NCBI GenBank assembly: GCA_004555655.1
Contig: SFHJ01000006.1
Location: forward strand, 10,095-74,094
Direction of reading: 5' to 3'
DNA: 64,000 nt
Source: Clostridiales bacterium
GTDB taxonomy: Bacteria > Bacillota > Clostridia > Oscillospirales > Oscillospiraceae
The notes under the pieces are model-generated. The model did not search any database. It saw only the letters and a list, made by a program, of their open reading frames with translations, and was not told the origin of the DNA. This document shows, piece by piece, positions 9,977 through 19,924 of the stretch. The position numbers and the translations under genes were made by a program. Position 1 is the first letter of the stretch. Each line of letters begins with the position of its first letter.

Positions 9977-10065
9977 CGGCCGCAGCCCGGTTTGGCGGCG
10001 GGCGATGCTGAAAACAGCTTCCCACAGCACAGGCGTTTTGTGTTAGAATAGAAGCGGTGATGAAA

Positions 10066-11199
10066 ATGCTGGAATACATCAATTTCTGGGGCTTTACCAA
10101 ATACGGCAGCCTTCTGCAGCCGGGCGACGCGCGGCTTGCGCCCGAGGCGATGCTCGAGCTTGCGGGCTCGGACGCGTTCTACCGCTGCGCCGCGCCGGTG
10201 GTGCTTGCGCCGGGTGAGGGCATGGCCGTCCTGCGGCTGGTCTGCGACGGGCAGACGGCGGAGTTCTATATGGACAAGCCCGTGGAGCTGCTGCCCGGCG
10301 TGCAGTTTGCCGTCGTGTCCATCGACGGACCGTGCGCCGTGCGCTACCGCGCGTCGATGCCGCTGCAGCGCGAGCCGGAGCTGCGGGCGCGGCCGCTGCC
10401 GCTTCTGCAGCCGAAGATCTCCGTGCGCCAGATCTGCACGATCTACCTGCAGGAGCACGGGCCGGGCTTCTTCTTCGCCGGCGAACGGCACCGGCCATAT
10501 GAGCTGGCGTATGTGAGCCACGGCGCGCTGCATGTGCTCTCGGGCGGGCAGGAGCTGACGCTGCGCCAGAACGAAGCCATGATCATTCCGCCCGACTGCT
10601 GGCATGTGCAGTTCGGCGGGAATACAGAGCCGTGCAGCTTTCTGGTGGCGACATTTTTCTGCGCGCAGCCGCTGCCGCAGACGCTTTTGCTGCGTAAATT
10701 CCCCGAGCGGCGCACAACGACCGAACTGATGCGCGGCCTTGCCCGGCAGATCGACACCGAGCAGCCGTATCAGGCGGATCTTCTGATTACGGCGCTGCAG
10801 GCGCTGCTGGTGCGCTATGCGACGGACGCGGCCGGCACGCAGAGCGAGACCGTCCCCATCCCGTCGACGCTCAAGGGCGAAAATCAGATCATCAGCCGCG
10901 CGGTGGAGTACGTGGCCGAGCACACCGGCGAGCGCATCACGGTGACGGAGCTGGCCAGGGTCTGCTGCGTGAGCCCGGCGTATCTGTCGCTGCTGTTCCA
11001 GCGGCATTTGGGCAGCGCGCCCGGCGCGTATATGCTGCGCGTGCGGCTTGAACGCAGCCGCCAGATGATCCGCAGCGGCGCGGGCAGCATGGCGCAGATC
11101 GCGCAGGCGCTGTGTTTTTCCAGCGCGCAGCACTTTTCCACCGCCTTCAAGCGCCAGTACGGCGTAAGCCCCAAGGAGTATGCCAAGGGGCTGAAATAG
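10066..11199 (+). CDS. AraC family transcriptional regulator (cupin + HTH)
   Basis: Cupin motif GERHRPYELAYV; C-terminal LARVCCVSPAYLS.LF and IAQALCFSSAQHFSTAFKRQYGVSPKEY; start could be 10057 or 10060. Confidence 0.9.
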   Translation: MLEYINFWGFTKYGSLLQPGDARLAPEAMLELAGSDAFYRCAAPVVLAPGEGMAVLRLVCDGQTAEFYMDKPVELLPGVQFAVVSIDGPCAVRYRASMPLQREPELRARPLPLLQPKISVRQICTIYLQEHGPGFFFAGERHRPYELAYVSHGALHVLSGGQELTLRQNEAMIIPPDCWHVQFGGNTEPCSFLVATFFCAQPLPQTLLLRKFPERRTTTELMRGLARQIDTEQPYQADLLITALQALLVRYATDAAGTQSETVPIPSTLKGENQIISRAVEYVAEHTGERITVTELARVCCVSPAYLSLLFQRHLGSAPGAYMLRVRLERSRQMIRSGAGSMAQIAQALCFSSAQHFSTAFKRQYGVSPKEYAKGLK

Positions 11200-11227
11200 A
11201 CAGAAAAAGAGAAACGAAGGGGACCAC

Positions 11228-11653
11228 ATGACACAGGAAAAGAAAAAAGAGCTTCTGCGGATGGTAAAATTCACACTGTTTTCCATCTCGGCGGGCGCAA
11301 TCGAGCTGATCTCGTTTGCGCTGCTCAATGAGCTGACGCGCTGGAGCTATTGGCCGTGCTACCTCATCGCGCTGGCAGCGTCGGTGCTGTGGAATTTTAC
11401 GCTGAACCGGAGCTTCACCTTCCGGTCGGCGGGCAACGTGCCCGTGGCGATGCTGAAGGTCGCGGCGTTCTACGCCGTGTTCACGCCGGCGTCTACGTAT
11501 CTGGGCAGCTTTCTGGCGGAGGGGCTCGGGTGGAACGGGTATCTTGTAACGGTCCTGAATATGCTGCTCAATTTTGTGCTGGAGTATTTGTATCAGCGCT
11601 TTTTCGTGTTCGGAAAAACAATCGACACGAAGCAGGCGGCAACAAAAGAATGA
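11228..11653 (+). CDS. GtrA family membrane protein
   Basis: KFTLFS..., WNFTLNRSFTF, YQRFFVF; 4 TM segments. Confidence 0.85.
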   Translation: MTQEKKKELLRMVKFTLFSISAGAIELISFALLNELTRWSYWPCYLIALAASVLWNFTLNRSFTFRSAGNVPVAMLKVAAFYAVFTPASTYLGSFLAEGLGWNGYLVTVLNMLLNFVLEYLYQRFFVFGKTIDTKQAATKE

Positions 11654-11664
11654 TACGCGCGAAA

Positions 11665-11873
11665 AAGCGCCGCCCATGGGCGGCGCTTGAGGCTGTCGAA
11701 AAACTCCTTTGGAGTTTTTCGACAACAGGCCGCGGCCTGCTGCGCGCACGATCTGTCCGCCAAAAGCGGACAGCCTGCACACTGTGATTTGGTTTGCATT
11801 ATTTCGCGCCTGCGGGCGCGAAACTCTGCGAGGCTTTTTCGACACGCTGAAGCGCCGCCCATGGGCGGCGCTT
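11665..11873. mobile_element. MITE-like element (11689-11849) flanked by a 24-bp duplicated palindromic terminator
   Basis: AAGCGCCGCCCATGGGCGGCGCTT at 11665-11688 and 11850-11873; imperfect TIRs GAGGCTGTCGAAAAA / TTTTTCGACACGCTG; internal hairpins; no transposase. Confidence 0.75.
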
Positions 11874-11907
11874 TTTTTGACCTCCAAATTTCCGGCTGCG
11901 AAGGGCT

Positions 11908-12834
11908 TTAATAGGTGAAGCAGCTGCCGCCGACAAATTCGCGCACAAGCGAGTCCTTCGGCACGAAGCTCGTTCTGAGCGCGGGCAGGCTCCGCACGAC
12001 CTCCATCAGCACCGACAACCCGTGCGCTTCCACAAATGCGTCGTCCAACTCTGCGGCAAACTGCGGCAGCTCACGCAGATCGCGCGCGAGGATGCAGAGC
12101 TCATAGTCGTGGAAGGTGTCGATGTGGATCGAGGCGTTGGACTTGTTGGGCGCGATATACTGCAGCTCGCCGCGGTCGACGGTCTGCGCGCGCTCGATCG
12201 TCTCACGCAGCGACTTGCCGCGGCCGTGGTAGTCGCGGATCATGCGGCGCGCCACGCGTACCTGCTCAGGCTTTACGATCTGGTCGTTCGGCGTAATGAT
12301 ACGCGTGCGCGGCGCGACGTATACACCCGTGGCGCGGTCACGAATCTCATCAAAGATGAGCGGGTTCAGCATATGGATGCCCTCGGCGATGATGACGCCG
12401 TCGCGGCTGCCGGTCATGGCGGTGTAGCCGCCGGTGGTGTTGGCCTTGAAGTCGTACCACGGCACCTGCACCGTCTCTCCGGCGGCCAGACGACCGATGG
12501 TCTCGATGAGAAGCGCCCGGTTGACGCAATAGGGCGATTCCCAGTCGGCCGCCTCGGGCGGACGCTGGTCCAGCGGCAGGAAAAAATTATCCATGCTGAG
12601 CAGGCACACGTGCACACCCAGATTTTCCAGATACGCCTTCAGGCGCATGGCGGTGGTCGTCTTGCCCGAGCCGGACGGGCCGGTGAGCGCGACGAAGGGC
12701 TTTTTCGGCAGGGCGCTGAGAATCGTGCCCGCCGCGGCGCTGATTTTGTCGTGGTAGACCTCCTCACAGCGCAGCACGAACTGCGTCTCGTTTCTCATGG
12801 CGTGGATGATGTCGGCCATATCGATGACGCGCAT
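11908..12834 (-). CDS. Uridine/nucleoside kinase family P-loop protein
   Basis: GPSGSGKTT, SMDNFF, PWYDF, EGIHMLNP, RRMIRD motifs; RBS AAAGGAG before ATG 12834. Confidence 0.85.
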   Translation of the reverse strand: MRVIDMADIIHAMRNETQFVLRCEEVYHDKISAAAGTILSALPKKPFVALTGPSGSGKTTTAMRLKAYLENLGVHVCLLSMDNFFLPLDQRPPEAADWESPYCVNRALLIETIGRLAAGETVQVPWYDFKANTTGGYTAMTGSRDGVIIAEGIHMLNPLIFDEIRDRATGVYVAPRTRIITPNDQIVKPEQVRVARRMIRDYHGRGKSLRETIERAQTVDRGELQYIAPNKSNASIHIDTFHDYELCILARDLRELPQFAAELDDAFVEAHGLSVLMEVVRSLPALRTSFVPKDSLVREFVGGSCFTY

Positions 12835-12839
12835 TGCAA

Positions 12840-14234
12840 TCACTCCTTTTTCACAGTTTGATGTACCCGCGCACGGCGCAGCATACCGCGGTAGATGACG
12901 ATGAAGCAGCCGAAATGGGTCAGCGCCGTGACGACCCAGCTGACAGGATAGGACAGATACAGCGCGGGCAGGGTGTGCCACACGCGAAACACGCTCAAGA
13001 TCCAGACGATGCGCAGCACACACGCGCCTGCCGCCGATACGAACATCGGCAGCCACGCCCGGCCGAGCCCGCGCACCATGCCGCTGCCCAGCTCCATCAG
13101 GCCGCACAGAAACTGCAGCGAGCCGATGTATGCGATGCGGATGATGCCATACCCGACAACAGCGGCATACGAAGGGTCGGTTTTTGTGATATACAGCCCC
13201 AGCAGGGGCGCGGCAAATCCGCGCAGCACAACGCCCAGCGGCACCCCGATGAGCAGCACCGTCGCCGCGCACGCGCCAAGAATGCGCGCAATGCGCTCCG
13301 GACGGTTGGCGCCGAGATTCTGGCTGGTGAAGGTGATCGACGCGTGAAAAACGGCGTTGTCGGCGGTATAGATGAACTGCTCGAGATTGGCCGCGGCCGT
13401 ATTGGCGGCCATGACCTCGGCACCGAAGGAATTGACCGAGCTCTGGATCATGACGTTGGAGATGTTGAAAATGACGCTCTGCAGGCCGGCCGGAAGCCCG
13501 ATCTGGATCATCTGTACGGCTTCGCTGCGGTACAGCCGGATGCTGCGCAGACGCAGGTGCGAGCAGTCGGACGCGCGCATCAGACAGCGCACGACAAGAA
13601 GGAGCGAGATATATTGCGATACGACCGTGGCGATGGCTACGCCGGCCACGCCCAGATGGCAGACAATGACGAAAAAGAGGTTGAGCACGACGTTCACCGT
13701 GCCGGACACGGCCAGAAATTCCAGCGGCCTTCGCGTATCGCCGAACGCGCGCAGCACCGCGGCGCCGAAATTATACAAAAGCGCGGCGGGTACGCCGAGA
13801 AAATAGATGCGCAGATACAGGCTGGAGAGCGGGAGCACGTCATCGGGCGTGTCCATGAGCCGCAGCAGCGGCGTGCACAGCACCAGCCCCAGCGCCAGAA
13901 CCAGCGCGCCGAGCATCAGCCCCAGGGCGAATGCGCAGTGCACCGCGCGGCAGACGTTTTCCTCCTGCCGGCAGCCGAGATAGCGCGCGATGAGAATATT
14001 GACGCCGATCGAGATGCCCATAAACGCGCCGATGAGCAGGTTGATGAGCGACGACGTTGCGCCGACGGCGGCCAGTGAGGTGCTGCCGGCAAACTTGCCG
14101 ACGACGATGACGTCGGCCGCGTTGAACAGCAGCTGCAGAATGCCCGTCGCGGCCAGCGGCAGGGAGAACAGCAGGATCTTGGAGAAGACGGGACCGTTGA
14201 GCATGTCAATCGTGTATGCGCGCGGCGAGGACAT
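12840..14234 (-). CDS. MATE family efflux transporter
   Basis: LPL...LQLLFNAADVIVVG, LRAFGDTRRPL, GVAGVAIAT, SQNLGA; about 12 TM segments. Confidence 0.93.
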   Translation of the reverse strand: MSSPRAYTIDMLNGPVFSKILLFSLPLAATGILQLLFNAADVIVVGKFAGSTSLAAVGATSSLINLLIGAFMGISIGVNILIARYLGCRQEENVCRAVHCAFALGLMLGALVLALGLVLCTPLLRLMDTPDDVLPLSSLYLRIYFLGVPAALLYNFGAAVLRAFGDTRRPLEFLAVSGTVNVVLNLFFVIVCHLGVAGVAIATVVSQYISLLLVVRCLMRASDCSHLRLRSIRLYRSEAVQMIQIGLPAGLQSVIFNISNVMIQSSVNSFGAEVMAANTAAANLEQFIYTADNAVFHASITFTSQNLGANRPERIARILGACAATVLLIGVPLGVVLRGFAAPLLGLYITKTDPSYAAVVGYGIIRIAYIGSLQFLCGLMELGSGMVRGLGRAWLPMFVSAAGACVLRIVWILSVFRVWHTLPALYLSYPVSWVVTALTHFGCFIVIYRGMLRRARVHQTVKKE

Positions 14235-14282
14235 GAGATATACGCTCCTTTTTGCGGTAGTATGCCGGAAACGGCACGGATA

Positions 14283-14948
14283 TTATACGTCCGCCGGCGG
14301 AAAAAGCAAGCGATGCAGGTCAAATTCCGTCCACGGAAAAACGGCGGGTGGCGGGCAGGAGAAAAAGACTGGCGCGTCCGTCTGCGGGTGGCGGAACGCG
14401 AGCGAATACGACCACAGGGCGATGGGACAGTCTCCGCCCAGGCCATATTTTTTGTCACCCACGATCGGAAGGCCGCGCGACGAGAGTTGCACGCGGATCT
14501 GGTGCGTGCGGCCGGTGGCGAGAACGACGCGCAGCAGACTTATCCCCTCCGCCCGGGCCAGAAGCTCGTAGGAGAGCTCGGCCGGCTGCACGTTTTTGCC
14601 GGGGCTGTGCACCACGCGCGTCAGCCTTCCGGCGGTATCGCGCCACAGAAGGTCGCGCAGCACACCCGCAGGTGCGTCCGGCGCGCCGTCTGTCACCGCG
14701 AGGTACGTCTTTTGCATCGTGCGGTTTCGCACCTGCTCGGACAAAACGGACGCCGCCACGCGCGAACGGGCGTAGACCATCACGCCGGACACGGCCTGGT
14801 CGAGCCGGTGCACCGCTCGCACGCAGGCGTGTGCGTCTTCAAGATACGCCCGGATGCGCTCCGGCATGCCGCCCGGCTCGTCGGTCGAGAGAACGCCCGC
14901 GGGTTTGATGCAGACAAATATCCGGTTGTCCTGATAAAGAAGTTGCAT
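14283..14948 (-). CDS. RluA family pseudouridine synthase
   Basis: KPAG, HRLDQAVSG, TGRTHQIRV, PIVGDKKYG motifs. Confidence 0.93.
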   Translation of the reverse strand: MQLLYQDNRIFVCIKPAGVLSTDEPGGMPERIRAYLEDAHACVRAVHRLDQAVSGVMVYARSRVAASVLSEQVRNRTMQKTYLAVTDGAPDAPAGVLRDLLWRDTAGRLTRVVHSPGKNVQPAELSYELLARAEGISLLRVVLATGRTHQIRVQLSSRGLPIVGDKKYGLGGDCPIALWSYSLAFRHPQTDAPVFFSCPPPAVFPWTEFDLHRLLFPPADV

Positions 14949-15003
14949 GTGCGGCTCCTGAACGGTGTTTTCCCCAGTATACCACCAACGCGCGCCGTTC
15001 GGC

Positions 15004-15055
15004 AACTCTTAAATCTTCTTAAGAAGTTCGCAAACGGGCAATTCTATGCTATACT
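15004..15055 (+). promoter_or_regulatory. Promoter with OmpR-type tandem direct repeat (TCTTAA x2)
   Basis: TCTTAA at 15007 and 15017, CGCAAACG at 15029, TGcTATACT -10 at 15050-15055; the motif recurs at 17102-17136. Confidence 0.55.
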
Positions 15056-15084
15056 GAAGGCAATGCAGATAAGGAGGGTTATAT

Positions 15085-15777
15085 ATGGACCCGATCATTC
15101 ATATTTTGGTGGCCGACGACGAGCCGGATATCCGCCGCATCATCCGTATTTTGCTCGAGGGCCGCGGCTACGCGGTGTATGAGGCGCCGAACGGCCTGGC
15201 GGCTGTGGACGTGGTGCGTGAGCATCCGGAGACGGACCTTGTCATCATGGACATCATGATGCCGGGACTTGACGGCGTGGAGGCCAGCCGCCAGATCCGC
15301 GAATGCTCGCCCGCGCCCATTTTGTTTCTCACGGCGAGGACGCAGGAAAAGGATAAGCTGGCCGCGTATCAGGCGGGCGGCGACGACTATCTGGCAAAGC
15401 CCTTTTCCCAGCCGGAGCTTTTGATGAAGGTGGATTCGCTGCTTCGCCGCTACCGCGTGTACAAGGGCAAGACGGCGGGCAAATACCTGCGGCAGGACAT
15501 TGCGCTCGACGAGGAGAACCGCCGCGTGCTCAAAGACGGCGAGCCGTTGGAGCTGACGGAGAAGGAATTCGCCATTTTGCTGTTTCTTGCCAACCACCGC
15601 GGACGTGTGGTGTCCGTGGCGCAGATCTACGAGGGCGTGTGGCACGAAAAGTACATGCCCGCGTCAAACAACACTGTGATGGTACATATTGTGAACCTGC
15701 GCAAAAAGCTGGAGGAAGACCCGGCCAACCCGCGCCTCATCCGCACGGTCTGGGGAAAGGGGTATCAGGTTGACTGA
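15085..15777 (+). CDS. OmpR/PhoB family response regulator
   Basis: ADDE, DIMMPGLDG, FLTA, DDYLAKPF, LTEKEF, RTVWGKGY motifs. Confidence 0.95.
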   Translation: MDPIIHILVADDEPDIRRIIRILLEGRGYAVYEAPNGLAAVDVVREHPETDLVIMDIMMPGLDGVEASRQIRECSPAPILFLTARTQEKDKLAAYQAGGDDYLAKPFSQPELLMKVDSLLRRYRVYKGKTAGKYLRQDIALDEENRRVLKDGEPLELTEKEFAILLFLANHRGRVVSVAQIYEGVWHEKYMPASNNTVMVHIVNLRKKLEEDPANPRLIRTVWGKGYQVD

Positions 15778-17110
15778 GAAGAAACGCTTTATTTCGCTGC
15801 ACGTGCGGCTGATGCTGGTCATGCTGCTGGCCATCGCGCTCTCGCTCGGCGCGTATTTTCTGGCGCAGAGCGTGGGGCAGTATCTCATCGGGCACTTCTA
15901 TATGTCCGACAGCGCCGTGGAAGCGCGCAACCGCGCCACCATCGAGGAGCTGCAGTACTATGTGCAGCAGAACAATCTCTCCTCGCGCAATACCGACGCC
16001 ATCGCCCGCTGGACGATCAAAAAGGGCGACGTGTATATCCTGCTGTACAAGGACCAGAGGCTGGCGCTGGAGGCCGGCTGGTGGGGTATCGACTCGGAGA
16101 TGCTGGGCGCGGAGGATCTGCAGGCGCTGAGCAGCAGCGTCAAGATCTACCCGCTCAACTTCCGCGACGGCCTGTTTCAGGCGGTGGTGTACGACTTCTC
16201 GGAGTCGAGCATGTACGATTTGGTCACGCTGTGCGCGGTGGGCATTGCGTGTCTGCTGTTCGCGCTCATGATGCTCTCGTATAACCGCGGAATCACGCGC
16301 TCGATCGTCATGGTCAGCCAGGAGGTGCAGCAGATCGGAAGCGGCGACCTCTCGCTCCGGCTGCAGGCCAGGGGCCGGGACGAGCTGACGCTTCTTATGG
16401 AGAGCGTGGAGCAGATGCGCGTGTCGCTGGCCAGGAAGACCGAGGAGGAGCGTGAAGCGCTGAAAAAAAACAGTGAGCTGATCTCGGCCATGTCACATGA
16501 CATCCGAAATCCGCTCACGGCGCTGCTGGGCTATCTCGACCTTCTGCAGCGCGAGCAGTACCGCTCAAAATCCGAGGCCGAGAGCTATGTGCAGGCCGCG
16601 TATGACAAGGCCGTGCAGCTCAAGGAGCTGACGGACGAGCTGCTGCGCTACTCGCTTCTGTTCGGCAGCAAGGAGCTGCCGCTCGAGCTGCAGAGCTACG
16701 ACGCGCAGATTCTGCTGTCGCAGCTGCTGGGCGAGCAGAGCGTCTCGCTGCAGCAGGCGGGCTTTTCGGTGCAGGTGCTGCCGCTGGAGCTGAACTGCTT
16801 CATTCAGGTGGACGTGCTCTATCTCAAGCGCGTGCTCGACAACCTCTTTGACAACGTGCGCAAATACGCCGACCCCGCGCGGCCCGTGACCGTGGGCGTG
16901 TTCGACGAGGCGGACGAGCTGCACGTTTGCATCGGCAACACCGTCGCGCAGCTCACGTCGCCGGTCGAGAGCAATAAGATCGGTCTCAAGACCTGCCAGA
17001 AGATCCTCGGCCAGATGAACGGGCGGCTTGTGCGGCACGAGGAGGCAGGAAAATTCTCGGCCGAGATTGTTTTGCCGCGCACGGACGCGGGCGGGGTGTC
17101 AAACTCTTAA
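15770..17110 (+). CDS. Sensor histidine kinase (2 TM, HAMP, HisKA, HATPase)
   Basis: H-box MSHDIRNPLT, N-box NLFDNVRKYA; overlaps the response regulator stop. Confidence 0.93.
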   Translation: MTEKKRFISLHVRLMLVMLLAIALSLGAYFLAQSVGQYLIGHFYMSDSAVEARNRATIEELQYYVQQNNLSSRNTDAIARWTIKKGDVYILLYKDQRLALEAGWWGIDSEMLGAEDLQALSSSVKIYPLNFRDGLFQAVVYDFSESSMYDLVTLCAVGIACLLFALMMLSYNRGITRSIVMVSQEVQQIGSGDLSLRLQARGRDELTLLMESVEQMRVSLARKTEEEREALKKNSELISAMSHDIRNPLTALLGYLDLLQREQYRSKSEAESYVQAAYDKAVQLKELTDELLRYSLLFGSKELPLELQSYDAQILLSQLLGEQSVSLQQAGFSVQVLPLELNCFIQVDVLYLKRVLDNLFDNVRKYADPARPVTVGVFDEADELHVCIGNTVAQLTSPVESNKIGLKTCQKILGQMNGRLVRHEEAGKFSAEIVLPRTDAGGVSNS

Positions 17111-17166
17111 ATCTTTCTTAAATCTGTGCGCAAACGCTTTCCCTCCTGCGAACTTCCTGCTAGAAT
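17102..17166 (+). promoter_or_regulatory. Promoter region with second copy of the TCTTAA tandem repeat
   Basis: TCTTAA at 17105 and 17116, CGCAAACG at 17129, TGcTAGAAT at 17158-17166. Confidence 0.55.
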
Positions 17167-17231
17167 AGGCGCAGAAGAAAACAAAGCCCCGGCGGCATTT
17201 GCCGCCATGGAATGAAAAAGGAGTATGAAAC

Positions 17232-19748
17232 ATGAAAAAACGTTTACTGGCGTTGCTGCTTGCACTGGTGATGGTTGTGGGCGTCATGGCCGGATGCAGC
17301 AAAAAGGGTACGTCCGACACACCGGGCACCAGCGCGGCTGAGCCGGGCAGCAAGCCTTCCGCCGACAAGCTCTCGCAGCCTGAGAAGGCCACCGTCACGG
17401 CCAAATACGCCTACAAGGCGGAGTTCAAGGACATCACGGCGCAGTTTGAGTGGATCAACCAGATCTGCGCCGCGGGCAACAGCGTCTATCTCTCGGCAAG
17501 CATTCTGGGCGAAGAGGTCACCGAGACCGACGAGGTCACGGGTGAGACGTACACCTACAATAACTACCGCGACGGGCTGTTCCGGCTGGACATGGAGACG
17601 GGCGAGGCAACGGAGCTTGAAAACTTCGTCATGCCCGAGATCCCCGAGGGCTGGCAGGGCGGCACAAATGTGTATCACATGCAGGCCGCCCCGGACGGCA
17701 CGCTGTGGCTGCTCATCAACTTCTATACATACCGCTACAACGTGCCCGAGGATTTTGATCCCGAGACGGATCAGGAATACAATTACTATGAGCAGGGCGA
17801 GGAGAAGTCGAGCCTGCTGCATGTGGCTGCCGACGGCAGCCTGATTACAGAGGTGAACATCCAGCCCGAACGGTCGGAGGAGCAGCAGTATTATAACTCC
17901 ATCTCGACGTTCTGCGTCGATACCGCCGGCAACGTCTATGCCGGCGACTGGCAGTATGTGTATGTATTTGACGCAACAGGCAAGCAGCTTTTCATGCTGG
18001 ACTGCAGCGAAAACGGCGGCAGCCTCTGCCAGATGAACAGCGACACCGTGGGCATCGCTACCTACGTCTATGACGAGGCCACGCAGACCGGCGGGCAGAG
18101 ATTCCTTCCCATCGATCTTGCTACGCAGGACTTTGGCGAAGCGATCAAGCTGCCGCAGAATGCGTATAATTTCTTCCCCGGCGACGATGTGTACGACCTG
18201 TATTTCGACAATAACGGCAATATCTTCGGCTACGATCTGGAGACGCAGACGCAGGAGAAGGTCGTCGACTGGATCGAGTGCGACATCAACTCCAACGACA
18301 TGAACGGCTACGCCATTTTGCCCGACGGGCGCGTGGTTGCGTTCCTGCGCCACTGGGATAGCGCCGCGGGCGAGAGCACCACGCAGATGGTGACGCTCAC
18401 GCGCGTGGACGCAAGCTCGCTGCCGGAAAAGACTGCCATCACGCTGGCTTGCATGTGGCTGGACTGGGATCTGCGCGAGAAGATCGTGGACTTCAACAAG
18501 ACGAGCGAGCGCTACCGCATCGTGGTCAAGGACTACTCGGAGTATAACACCGAGGACGACTACACCGCCGGTATGACAAAGCTCAACACCGAGATCCTCT
18601 CCGGTAAGGTGCCCGATCTGTTCCTGCTGAACGACCAGATGCCCGTCGATCTTTACGCGGGCAAGGGCGTGATCGCGGACCTGTACCAGTTCATCGACAA
18701 CGACGAGACGCTCAGCCGAGAGAGCTTTGTGCAGCCGATCCTCAGGGCGCTGGAGAAGGACGGCAAGCTCTACGAGATGCCCACCTCGTTCTATATCCAG
18801 ACGGCGTTCGGCCTGAACAAGGTCGTGGGCGATTACGAGACATGGACGCTGGCCGACCTCAAGGACGCGATGACAAAGCTGCAGCCGGATGCGACCGTGT
18901 TCAACGTGTACAATACAAAGAGCGATATGCTGCAGCAGTGCATCGCGCGCAACATCGGCGCGTTTGTCGACTGGACGACCGCAACGGTCAGCTTCGACAG
19001 CCCGGAATTCATCGCGCTGCTGGAGTTTGCCAACTCCTTCCCTGCGGAATTTGACTGGGAAAACTACAACTGGCAGGAGGATGACAATACGCAGGCGCGT
19101 TTGAACTCCGGTAAGCAGCTGCTGTCTCTCGTTTCGTTCAGCACCTTCGAGGATTATCTGTATCAGTGCTACGGCTATGACAGCGGCATCAGGTTCGTCG
19201 GCTATCCGTCCGAGGACGGGACTTCGAACAACAGCTTCTACACCCAGACGGGCTTTGCCATCTCCGCCGTCTCCGCCTGTCAGGACGCGGCGTGGGCCTT
19301 CGTGCGTGAGCAGCTGCTCGGGCAGAAGCAGCAGGTGGAAAACCAGAGCATCTGGTGCTTCCCGGTCATGCAGGACGCGTTCGACCGGATGCTGGAGAAG
19401 GCTATGACGCCCGAATATCAGTACGATGAAAACGGCGAGATCATGTATGATGAGAACGGCGAACCGCTCAAGTGGCCGAAGATGACCTACGGCGGCGGTG
19501 TGTCCATCGCGCCCGACGGCACCGAGACTCAGATGGAATCGGTGGAGATCTACGAGCTGAGTCAGGCCGATGCCGACGTCATTCTGGACCTGATTGAGAA
19601 CACGCACTCGGTCTACAGCTACGATCAGGACATCATGAACATCATCACCGATGAGGTGGCGGCGTTCTTCGCGGGCGAAAAGTCCGCCGAGGATACGGCC
19701 GCGATGGTGCAAAGCCGCGTGAACCTGTATGTGCAGGAGCAGAGCTGA
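17232..19748 (+). CDS. Large lipoprotein extracellular solute-binding protein (N-terminal beta-rich domain + C-terminal SBP)
   Basis: Lipobox MAGC; C-terminal half KIVDFNK...GKVPDL...DLYQFID...AAWAFV...FFAGEKSAEDTA typical of CUT1-type SBPs; 838 aa. Confidence 0.85.
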   Translation: MKKRLLALLLALVMVVGVMAGCSKKGTSDTPGTSAAEPGSKPSADKLSQPEKATVTAKYAYKAEFKDITAQFEWINQICAAGNSVYLSASILGEEVTETDEVTGETYTYNNYRDGLFRLDMETGEATELENFVMPEIPEGWQGGTNVYHMQAAPDGTLWLLINFYTYRYNVPEDFDPETDQEYNYYEQGEEKSSLLHVAADGSLITEVNIQPERSEEQQYYNSISTFCVDTAGNVYAGDWQYVYVFDATGKQLFMLDCSENGGSLCQMNSDTVGIATYVYDEATQTGGQRFLPIDLATQDFGEAIKLPQNAYNFFPGDDVYDLYFDNNGNIFGYDLETQTQEKVVDWIECDINSNDMNGYAILPDGRVVAFLRHWDSAAGESTTQMVTLTRVDASSLPEKTAITLACMWLDWDLREKIVDFNKTSERYRIVVKDYSEYNTEDDYTAGMTKLNTEILSGKVPDLFLLNDQMPVDLYAGKGVIADLYQFIDNDETLSRESFVQPILRALEKDGKLYEMPTSFYIQTAFGLNKVVGDYETWTLADLKDAMTKLQPDATVFNVYNTKSDMLQQCIARNIGAFVDWTTATVSFDSPEFIALLEFANSFPAEFDWENYNWQEDDNTQARLNSGKQLLSLVSFSTFEDYLYQCYGYDSGIRFVGYPSEDGTSNNSFYTQTGFAISAVSACQDAAWAFVREQLLGQKQQVENQSIWCFPVMQDAFDRMLEKAMTPEYQYDENGEIMYDENGEPLKWPKMTYGGGVSIAPDGTETQMESVEIYELSQADADVILDLIENTHSVYSYDQDIMNIITDEVAAFFAGEKSAEDTAAMVQSRVNLYVQEQS

Positions 19749-19924
19749 CACATTGCCTCTTCCCTTTTTTACAGGCAGCTGATACAATATATTGTGACCG
19801 CAAGCGGAGCCTGCCCCAAAAGGGCAGGCCCCCGCTGCGCGGCTCTGCCTTTGTGCTGTCTGCCCGCAACGCGGACAGGCAGCAGGGCGGCAGACCCGTA
19901 CCCCGGTGTGAGGGAGGTAAAACG

